Assembly (NCBI GenBank): GCA_036567785.1
Contig: DATCTV010000034.1
Coordinates: forward strand, 102,468 to 166,467
DNA from: Desulfomonilia bacterium
GTDB taxonomy: Bacteria; Desulfobacterota; Desulfomonilia; UBA1062
Reading direction: 5' to 3'
Length of the DNA stretch: 64,000 nucleotides
Shown here: positions 48,186 to 56,018 of the stretch, piece after piece
How positions within the stretch are numbered: the stretch's first letter is position 1
How the letters are laid out: each line of letters opens with the position of its first letter
Notes under the pieces: model-generated
The model's input: the letters and a program-made list of their open reading frames with translations, nothing else
The model's database searches: none
What the model was told of the DNA's origin: nothing
Translations under genes and position numbers: made by a program

Positions 48186-49393
48186 TGACAACGGCAAGCC
48201 TTGCCCTGGGCAATCTCATCAAACGCCCATGGCGAACCGCCATACTGGCGGTTTGCATCGCATGTCTTGTGGGAATGCAGATGGCGGCCACGATCATTGA
48301 ACGGGCCAGCAGACAGGGTCTCAAACTGGGTCTTGAGCGCCTCGGGGCCGACCTGGTGGCAGTCCCCCGTCAGCTTGACAGCGACCTGGTGCAGGCCTAC
48401 ATGACGGGAAAAGCAGCGGTCTTCTACATGCCGGCCACTATCGAACAGCGTATCCGTAATTTTGATTTCGTCAGACAGACATCCCCTCAGCTTTACATAG
48501 AATCTCTCTCAAATGCGACCTGCTGTTCAACATGGAATGTTTTCCTGATCGGATTTGACCCCAAGACCGACTTTACTGTCCGGCCCTGGCTGAGCAGACA
48601 CCGCGACATACAACTCGGCCCTTCAGACATCCTGGTCGGCGCTGCGCTACAGTCTCCGCCCGGAAAGACCTACAAATTTTATGGTCAGATATTCAATGTC
48701 GCGGGGTCGCTGGATGCAAGCGGTATGGGACTTGACTATTCCGTCTTCATCCCGATCGAGGGAGTCAAACGTATGATAGCCGAATCAGGGATAAAGGCAG
48801 TTAAACGGCTCGATATCGCCCCTGATCAGACATCTGCAATCATGATCAAGCTGAAGCCGGAGATATTCGGGGGGCTCCCTGCATGGAAGGCGGCCTATGA
48901 AATAGAGAGCCGGGTGCCGGAAGTCACTATCATCCAGCCCGCAGACATCACGGTAAAGGTTCAGAAAAATCTGGCCGCGACACTTAAGACCTTGACAATG
49001 GCCAGCTTCGCCATATGGCCCATGACAGTCCTTCTCGTCGGACTCGTGTTCATGATGGCAGTCAGGGAACGCCAGCGCGAGATAGGTCTCATGAGGGCAA
49101 TGGGCAGTACACGTCTGTTTATATTCCGCATGATACAACTTGAAGCATTAATGATCTCGGTTCTGGGAGCAGCTCTCGGACTGATCGTTTCAACGGGAAT
49201 AGTGATCGGTTTCGAGCGTATGATTGCACTTAGACTTGAAATCCCCTTTGCGGTGCCGGGAGTCTTTGAAATTCTTTTCATAGCAGGCCTTTCCTTTGGA
49301 CTCGCAGTTGTCACGGGAGTTCTGGCCGCAATGATCCCGGCACTTAAAGTAAGCGCCATGGAGCCTTACGAGGCCATCAGGAGGGCGGGATGA
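48185..49393 (+). CDS. ABC transporter permease, FtsX/MacB-like (type VII) with large periplasmic domain
   Basis: N-terminal TM, ~220-aa periplasmic domain, then three C-terminal TMs (FtsX-domain pattern …REIGLMRAMGST…). Start reassigned to the ATG at 48185. The track start at 47948 is out of context and overlaps the previous gene. Confidence 0.7.
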   Translation: MTTASLALGNLIKRPWRTAILAVCIACLVGMQMAATIIERASRQGLKLGLERLGADLVAVPRQLDSDLVQAYMTGKAAVFYMPATIEQRIRNFDFVRQTSPQLYIESLSNATCCSTWNVFLIGFDPKTDFTVRPWLSRHRDIQLGPSDILVGAALQSPPGKTYKFYGQIFNVAGSLDASGMGLDYSVFIPIEGVKRMIAESGIKAVKRLDIAPDQTSAIMIKLKPEIFGGLPAWKAAYEIESRVPEVTIIQPADITVKVQKNLAATLKTLTMASFAIWPMTVLLVGLVFMMAVRERQREIGLMRAMGSTRLFIFRMIQLEALMISVLGAALGLIVSTGIVIGFERMIALRLEIPFAVPGVFEILFIAGLSFGLAVVTGVLAAMIPALKVSAMEPYEAIRRAG

Positions 49394-50076
49394 TAATCCT
49401 TAACGGGGTCTCAAAACTCTATGGTTCCGGAGGCGGTGAAATCCGTGCCGTGGATGACGTTTCTCTTGAGGTTAAAGAAGGCGAGTTCCTTGTTCTCATC
49501 GGCCATTCCGGAAGCGGTAAAACCACACTCCTTAACCTCATAGCCGGTATGACGCGTCCGGACACGGGACGAATAGAAATAGCCGGACGGGATATTCTCG
49601 GCATGAGTGATGCCGAAACGGCACATATGAGGGCTTCGGTCATCGGTTTTGTCTTTCAGTTCCAGAGCATGATTTCAACGCTCAATGCACTGGATAATGT
49701 CAGGCTCCCGTCGCTCTTCCGCAGACACAGATCAGAGAAGAAAGAGGCATTCGAAATGCTTGACCGGGTCGGTCTGGCCGGCAGGGAACATGCATATGCA
49801 CACGAGCTTTCACTTGGTCAGCAGCGCCGTGTCGGTATTGCACGGGCCCTGTTCAGCAGGCCTTCGCTGCTGCTCTGCGATGAACCGACAGGAGACCTCG
49901 ACCCTGAAACAGAACTGGCGATCATGGGTTTGATCTCAGGGGCGAACAGGGACGGTGCTACCATTGTCATGGCCACGCATAACCATGACCTCTGCTCTTA
50001 TGCAAACCGTATCCTGTGCATGGACCACGGCCGGATTTCCTCGGTTGAGCCCGGGACAGAACATGCGATTAAATAA
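49390..50076 (+). CDS. ABC transporter ATP-binding protein (LolD/MacB-type)
   Basis: Walker A GHSGSGKTT, signature LSLGQQRRV, Walker B LLLCDEPT, 228 aa. ATGA overlap with the permease gene. Confidence 0.9.
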   Translation: MIILNGVSKLYGSGGGEIRAVDDVSLEVKEGEFLVLIGHSGSGKTTLLNLIAGMTRPDTGRIEIAGRDILGMSDAETAHMRASVIGFVFQFQSMISTLNALDNVRLPSLFRRHRSEKKEAFEMLDRVGLAGREHAYAHELSLGQQRRVGIARALFSRPSLLLCDEPTGDLDPETELAIMGLISGANRDGATIVMATHNHDLCSYANRILCMDHGRISSVEPGTEHAIK

Positions 50077-50227
50077 CAGGTAATCCCTCTTCTGTTTCAG
50101 AAAAACCGCCGGGTACAAAATGATTGAAGAATTATCAGGTACTGCCGATAGATATTTTAGCGCACTTAATTAATAAATATTAAAAACCGGGCGATTCATG
50201 CTCTATTCGCGCAAACAAGGAGCCCTT

Positions 50228-50524
50228 ATGAAAATTAACAAAACGACGGCCGGAGTCAGCATGACCATCGAACTCGAAGGCAGGCTGGACAGCGTAACGG
50301 CGCCGCAGCTCGAAGCCGAATTGAAATGCTCTCTTGACGGCATAACGGAACTGGCGCTTGATTTCTCGGCGCTCGATTATCTTTCATCAGCAGGACTGCG
50401 TGTAATTCTTGCCGCACAGAAGGTCATGAACAAAAAAGGGTGCATGCAGATCAGAAATGTCAACAAAACGATCATGAATGTGTTTGAGATCACGGGGTTT
50501 ACTGATCTCCTGACAATCACCTAG
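50228..50524 (+). CDS. STAS-domain anti-sigma-factor antagonist (SpoIIAA/RsbV-like)
   Basis: 98 aa with the conserved phosphorylatable Ser in the DFSALDYLSSAGLRVIL context. AAGGAG RBS upstream of the ATG at 50228. Confidence 0.8.
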   Translation: MKINKTTAGVSMTIELEGRLDSVTAPQLEAELKCSLDGITELALDFSALDYLSSAGLRVILAAQKVMNKKGCMQIRNVNKTIMNVFEITGFTDLLTIT

Positions 50525-50649
50525 CTGAAGTATCTCGAAAAATGCGCCTGGCAGTATCCGGGCTTATTATAAAACAGATCGTTCCTCTGGACAAATGTTG
50601 AACACAACATGACGCCAATCCTAAAACATCATCTTCAATCAACAGCCTG

Positions 50650-52584
50650 TTAAGTCCCTTCTTTTCGGTATTTCAAGGCAAGCATGGTAATATCATCCGA
50701 TTGTGATGCGCCATTGGTGTGCAGTGTTACAACCGAGCGTATGTAATGGATCATTTCTGTAACATCCTCTTTAGGTGCCTGTTTAAGCGCATTTAAAAGG
50801 CGCTCCTCGCCGTATAGTTCCTGTTCCATGTTTTGCGCTTCCGTCACTCCGTCGGTATAGAGAAAAAGTGTGTCTCCGGCTTTAAGGGTAAGCCGTTCGG
50901 CTTTATAGACAATACCCGGCATGGGGCCCAGCACAAAACCGGGTTTCAGGGTAAGGTATCTTATCCCCTGAGAATCCATGATTACCGGGGCATTATGCCC
51001 GGCATTGGCAAACCGTACGACTCCTGTAACAGTATCAAGAATGGCGCAGAATACTGTAGCGAACATGGTGCTGTCATTGTCCGAGGCAAGAATGTTATTC
51101 ACGCATGAAAGTATCTGATCGGGCTCGCCAAGCCGCTGACCCTCGGATTTAAGGAGGGTCTTTGCCACCATCATGTAAAGGGCCGCCGGCACACCTTTAT
51201 CCGAAACGTCTGCAATTAGGAAGCAGAGATTGGTATCGTCGATGAAAAAGAAATCGTAGAAGTCTCCACCTACTTCCTTGGCGGGATCCATCGAGGCGTA
51301 AATGTCAAATTCGGGACGATCCGGAAATGCCGGGAACAGACGTGGAAGCAGACTGGCCTGTATTTCGGTTGCCATCCTGAGTTCGCTCTGTATACGTTCC
51401 TTTGCCGCAGTGGTTTCGGTCAGGTTCTTTATGTATTCCTTGAGTGACGTTTTCATTACCTGAAAGTCATGCGTGAGCACGCCGACTTCATCCTTAGATC
51501 TGACCGCAGGCAATTCCACATCGAAGTTACCCGAAGCTATATCATCCGTCGCAGCCGCCAGCAGACGGAGAGGTTTTATGATAGCGCTGGCAACATAGAC
51601 GACAGTCGCAACCAGAAGCAGGAGCCCTGCAAAACCCATGGCCGCCATGGTCATGCTCAGACACCTGACATTTTCAAGAAGCTCCGCCTCTGGAAATACA
51701 ACGGCAAGCGTCCAGCCTGTAGAACGGACCGGCGCGTAATACATCCAGCTCCTGAATCCCATAAGGCTGTTGTAGAGAATGAAACCAGACTCTCCGCTGA
51801 CCATCTTTTTGCCGAGTTCGCGCAGTGAAGCATCATTGCGCGCCTCGGCTATGCTGAAGAATGTCTCATTCATGACGGCATCCTTCAAGGGGTGTGCGAG
51901 CAGCATCCCGTTTCGTGAAAGAAGGGCTGCATACCCTGACTTCAGTATCTTGACGGATGAGATCATTTGCGTAAGCGAGTCCAGCGAGACATCCGCCGTC
52001 ACTATTCCTTTGAGTATTCTTGTCCCGTTCTTTTCACCGTAAAATGGAACCGAACATGTTGACATGACGGTATTGCCTGCCCCCTCGTCGAAATACGGCT
52101 CGCTCCATTCGGTTTTGCCCAGTTCCCTCGGGATCTGGTACCAGTCCCAGTATAGATACGGTACGTATTGATATGAGTCTTCCAGGCGGCTGAAGGCAAT
52201 TTTTCCTTTATCCCGGTAGAAGTAGGGAGCAAAAAGACGGATTGAGGGGCTGAAGGCATAGGGCTCAAATGCCACTGTTGAACCGTATATATCCGGATTC
52301 TTTTCAACTGTGGTTCTGATAAGCGAAAGGAGTTCCTTCTCCGTGTACTGACCGGACTCAAGTGAATTAGCCACACCTTCGGTCACTTTGGCAACCCCGA
52401 TAAGCTCGGTTTCAACATGATAGACTAAAGACATGGCAAGGTTGCGCGCATTGGCTTCAAGCTCGTTCTCTAGAACGACGCGGGAGCGGTAATAGTTGTA
52501 GCCGAGAGTTACGGCAAAGATGAGCGTGCTGCATAGCGTGATAACAAGGACAAGCTTGGTGACGATACTATTTTTCCCCGGCAT
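50650..52584 (-). CDS. Sensor PP2C phosphatase: TM, periplasmic Cache-like domain, TM, HAMP, SpoIIE/RsbU PP2C domain
   Basis: Two TMs bracketing a ~280-aa periplasmic domain, a HAMP region (…ATDDIASGNFDVELP…), and C-terminal PP2C motifs (GDFYDF, ADVSDKG, DGVTEA). Confidence 0.8.
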   Translation of the reverse strand: MPGKNSIVTKLVLVITLCSTLIFAVTLGYNYYRSRVVLENELEANARNLAMSLVYHVETELIGVAKVTEGVANSLESGQYTEKELLSLIRTTVEKNPDIYGSTVAFEPYAFSPSIRLFAPYFYRDKGKIAFSRLEDSYQYVPYLYWDWYQIPRELGKTEWSEPYFDEGAGNTVMSTCSVPFYGEKNGTRILKGIVTADVSLDSLTQMISSVKILKSGYAALLSRNGMLLAHPLKDAVMNETFFSIAEARNDASLRELGKKMVSGESGFILYNSLMGFRSWMYYAPVRSTGWTLAVVFPEAELLENVRCLSMTMAAMGFAGLLLLVATVVYVASAIIKPLRLLAAATDDIASGNFDVELPAVRSKDEVGVLTHDFQVMKTSLKEYIKNLTETTAAKERIQSELRMATEIQASLLPRLFPAFPDRPEFDIYASMDPAKEVGGDFYDFFFIDDTNLCFLIADVSDKGVPAALYMMVAKTLLKSEGQRLGEPDQILSCVNNILASDNDSTMFATVFCAILDTVTGVVRFANAGHNAPVIMDSQGIRYLTLKPGFVLGPMPGIVYKAERLTLKAGDTLFLYTDGVTEAQNMEQELYGEERLLNALKQAPKEDVTEMIHYIRSVVTLHTNGASQSDDITMLALKYRKEGT

Positions 52585-53590
52585 CTGACCTCCGGCTGAA
52601 AGCGTCGTAGTAGGGGCAACTCCGGATCAGGCCTGCCTTGAGAAGTGAACTGCAAACCGCCTCATAATCTTTTTCTTTGAGAATGCCAGGAGCACCCAGG
52701 GATGTGCCTGGCATGATCATATCCCGCATCCGGTCAAGCATCCATTTCTGATGAATCCGGTTGGCGGGTATTTTTGCCTCGCGCATGCGTCTGATGACTA
52801 TGTCCAGAGCCTCTTCGGGATGCTCAAAGGCATAGCGCCAGCCATCCAGAGATGCTTTTACAAAGGCCCCGGCCAGTGCAGGGTCATTATGCAGGGTTTT
52901 TTCCATCGCATATATGCCGTCCTCCGGGAAATTCATCCCCAGCTCATTCATGGAAAAAACGTTCAGTTCTTCAGGATCGAGTCCGGAATTGATGATAGTG
53001 TGGTACTCGTTGTACCACATTGCGGATGTGACATCGATCCCGCCTCGAAGGAAGAGGTTCACGGTGGCGTTCTGGGGCACCTCACGTACTTTGATGCCGT
53101 ATTTAATAAACAGGGCATGCGGAGGTATGGACAAGTCTCCTCCCCACAGTCCCACCTTTTTGCCGTTCATATCAGAGACAGTCCGAATGCCGCTTGATTT
53201 TCTTGAAATCAGCATCATGGAAGATCTCTGTATGATCTGAGCCAGATTGACAAGATCTGTACCGGCAGACCGCTGTTGAATTGCAGTCGTAAGCCACAGA
53301 ATAGCGAAGTCGGCAGAACCGTCCTTCAATGCCCTTACAGGGTCATGACCAGGACCTGCATTGAGAATTTTAAGATCTATGCCATAACGGGCATATATCC
53401 CTTTGTCCAACGCGACATAATATCCGGCAAACTGCGCCTGTGGAGTCCAGAGCGGCATGAGGGTAGCCTTTTTCAGAACGGGTTCGGAGACGGCCCATGT
53501 CGAAAGGGGCAACATCAGAAACAACAGCAATGCAAAAATCAATTTCAATAAATTTTGTTCAGTATATTTTTTTTTGTGCATCATAATCAT
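52568..53590 (-). CDS. Periplasmic substrate-binding protein, NMT1/SsuA/TauA-like
   Basis: Signal peptide followed by a type-2 periplasmic-binding fold typical of nitrate/sulfonate/bicarbonate ABC SBPs. Overlaps the downstream phosphatase gene by 17 nt. Confidence 0.65.
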   Translation of the reverse strand: MIMMHKKKYTEQNLLKLIFALLLFLMLPLSTWAVSEPVLKKATLMPLWTPQAQFAGYYVALDKGIYARYGIDLKILNAGPGHDPVRALKDGSADFAILWLTTAIQQRSAGTDLVNLAQIIQRSSMMLISRKSSGIRTVSDMNGKKVGLWGGDLSIPPHALFIKYGIKVREVPQNATVNLFLRGGIDVTSAMWYNEYHTIINSGLDPEELNVFSMNELGMNFPEDGIYAMEKTLHNDPALAGAFVKASLDGWRYAFEHPEEALDIVIRRMREAKIPANRIHQKWMLDRMRDMIMPGTSLGAPGILKEKDYEAVCSSLLKAGLIRSCPYYDAFSRRSDAGEK

Positions 53591-53684
53591 TACGAAAGAG
53601 AGCGTAGGTATTTACGGATTGTCTGTCAAGAATATCTTAGGAAACCTGCTTTATATAAGAGTGAAATTGGGGTAAAGTGATTGC

Positions 53685-54764
53685 ATGAAGATAGGACTGA
53701 TTGGACTGGCAAAGGCGGGAAAGACAACCGTGTTCAATGCAATTACACGCTCGGATGCAGAGACGGGGGCGTTCACATCGGGTAAGCCCGAACCCAACAT
53801 CTCGGTAGTGGAAGTGGCTGATGCACGGGTTGACAGTCTGAGCGCAATGTTCAAACCCAAGAAGACCACCCATGCAACCATCGAATTTATGGACTTCGTC
53901 GGCATTGCCAGGGATGAAGACAAGAAGCAGTCTTTTACGGCGAGCGAACTCGGCCTTATTAAAACCTCAGATGCACTTGCCATCGTGCTCAGAAATTTTG
54001 CAAATGAGATGCTTGATGCATCCATAGGCACCCATGATCCAGCGAGAGATCTGGAAAACGTTATTTCGGACATGGTGCTTTCCGACCTTATCATCGCAGA
54101 GACAAGAATTGAACGCATTGACGCCCAGTGCAAAAAAGGCGGCAAAACCCCTGCCCTTGATCTTGAAAGGGCTACGCTGGTAAAGATTGTTTCTTATCTT
54201 AATAATGACAAAAGGCCTGACCCTGAAGCTTTCACCGCCGAAGAGCTTAAATCGATCAGGGGTTTTCAGTTTCTGACGCTCAAGCCTACTCTCATAATCC
54301 TGAATTCAGATGACATGTCCTACGGCAAGAACGATAAAATCCTCACCGGACTAAACAGTATATTCCCGGCGATAGAATATGCAGGGGAATTCGAGATGGA
54401 GCTCTGCCGCCTGAGCGCCGAAGAGGCGCAGCTCTTCATGGATGATATGGGCATTAAATCCTCCGCCAGAGACCGGCTTACCCAGATGGCTTATGACATT
54501 CTGGGTTTGATAACTTTTTTCACGGTAGGTCCGGACGAAGTAAGGGCATGGACCATAAACAAGGGCGAGACGGCTTTGGAGGCAGCAGGCACTATACACT
54601 CCGACCTTGCCAGAGGCTTCATAAGGGCAGAATGTTTTACCTATGACGAGATAATGGCGCACGGGTCTGAAAAGCACCTCAAGGAAAAAGGGCTTGTGAG
54701 ACTAGAGGGCAAGACCTATGTCGTCAAAGACGGCGATATCCTGAACATAAGGTTCAGTGTTTAG
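53685..54764 (+). CDS. ychF: YchF/OLA1-family P-loop NTPase (divergent paralog)
   Basis: P-loop GLAKAGKTT. C-terminal TGS-like domain nearly colinear with E. coli YchF (VRAWTI…AAGxIHxDxxxGFIRA…GKxYxVKDGDxxNxxF). The G1 and G4 motifs diverge from canonical YchF. Confidence 0.7.
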   Translation: MKIGLIGLAKAGKTTVFNAITRSDAETGAFTSGKPEPNISVVEVADARVDSLSAMFKPKKTTHATIEFMDFVGIARDEDKKQSFTASELGLIKTSDALAIVLRNFANEMLDASIGTHDPARDLENVISDMVLSDLIIAETRIERIDAQCKKGGKTPALDLERATLVKIVSYLNNDKRPDPEAFTAEELKSIRGFQFLTLKPTLIILNSDDMSYGKNDKILTGLNSIFPAIEYAGEFEMELCRLSAEEAQLFMDDMGIKSSARDRLTQMAYDILGLITFFTVGPDEVRAWTINKGETALEAAGTIHSDLARGFIRAECFTYDEIMAHGSEKHLKEKGLVRLEGKTYVVKDGDILNIRFSV

Positions 54765-54778
54765 AATCAGGGGAATAC

Positions 54779-55936
54779 ATGTCCAGGGTTTCGATAATTG
54801 AAGTTCGCAGGTATGACAGCGGTCTTATCAAGCAAGCCATGTTTAAGGCCCTTGATGAGATCGGATTCGACCTTTCCAGCCTGAAGGGTAAAAGGGTAGC
54901 TGTAAAACCCAACCTTCTGTCTGCAAGCAAGCCTGAGCAGGCGATTATAACCCATCCTGAATTTTTCCGGGCGGCTGTACAGATAATCAAAGGTGCAGGC
55001 GCGTTCCCGGTCCTCATCGAATCCCCGGCAATCCATTCGCTTTCAAGGGTATTTCGCGTTTCTGGTTATGACAGGGTCATCGAAGAAGAAGGCATCGAGG
55101 TGGACCTCGAGCAGGCAGGCATGACAATCACCAACAATAACGGCCGCAGATACAAGAATTTCGAGATCATGAAAAGCGTGACCGGTGCGGATTTCATCTT
55201 CAACCTGCCCAAGTTCAAGACACACGGCCTCACATACATCACCGGCGCACAAAAAAATCTTTTCGGGCTGATACCCGGTATGGCCAAAACCCAGTGGCAT
55301 TTCAAGGCCAATGAAAGGGAAATATTCTGCGAGTTTCTGGCGGATTATTTCGAGGCGGTGAGCATGCTTTTCAAATCTCCCAAGGGTATCATACATGTGA
55401 TGGATGCGATCACAGGCATGGAGGGAAACGGTCCCGGCTCGGGAGGAAAACCCAGGGAAATAGGCGCCGTTATCGTATCGGAAGACGCCATTGCCGCCGA
55501 TTTCATTGCAACAAGCCTTGTCGGATTCGATCCGAGGTTTGTTAAAACCATGTCCTTTGCCTCAGAGCGCGGCCTCGGCAAAAAAGGGTTTAATGAAATA
55601 GATTTCGACCGGAACGCCTTCGACAGGCTGAAGCTCGACAAGTTCGAGCCGGCGCCAATGCCCTTCAACGTCAGGCTGGAAAAAATTAAATGGCTGAACA
55701 ATCTGCTTAAGAGGCTTATGGTTGAAAGGCCGGTGCCGATAGAGGGCAAATGCACCCTGTGTTATCAGTGCAGGCAGATCTGCCCGGCAAAGGCCATTGA
55801 TAAGGGTGACACGGTCGCCATCTTCAACTATGAAAAATGCATACGCTGCTTCTGCTGCATAGAAGTCTGCCCCGAAGCGGCGATTAGAATCAAGGGTAAT
55901 TTCCTGAGCAGAATATTCAACCCGAAAAAAGGTTAA
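54779..55936 (+). CDS. DUF362-domain protein with C-terminal 2x[4Fe-4S] ferredoxin domain
   Basis: C-terminus CTLCYQCRQICP…CIRCFCCIEVCP gives two CxxCxxCxxxCP motifs. The N-terminal ~300 aa match the DUF362 pattern as I recall it. Confidence 0.6.
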   Translation: MSRVSIIEVRRYDSGLIKQAMFKALDEIGFDLSSLKGKRVAVKPNLLSASKPEQAIITHPEFFRAAVQIIKGAGAFPVLIESPAIHSLSRVFRVSGYDRVIEEEGIEVDLEQAGMTITNNNGRRYKNFEIMKSVTGADFIFNLPKFKTHGLTYITGAQKNLFGLIPGMAKTQWHFKANEREIFCEFLADYFEAVSMLFKSPKGIIHVMDAITGMEGNGPGSGGKPREIGAVIVSEDAIAADFIATSLVGFDPRFVKTMSFASERGLGKKGFNEIDFDRNAFDRLKLDKFEPAPMPFNVRLEKIKWLNNLLKRLMVERPVPIEGKCTLCYQCRQICPAKAIDKGDTVAIFNYEKCIRCFCCIEVCPEAAIRIKGNFLSRIFNPKKG

Positions 55937-56018
55937 ACAATTGACTTTTTAGATATATGCATATTTACTGATTTATCAGTGCGCTATACTCTCTTGAAAT
56001 ACTGAAACGGAGGTTACA

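Noticed and set aside
55967-55980. ACTGAT-tt-ATCAGT inverted repeat overlapping a TTGACT-containing promoter-like region upstream of the mttB-like gene (possible GntR operator)
   Set aside because: 6-bp arms are statistically unremarkable. The position is suggestive but unsupported, so it is kept only as a note.
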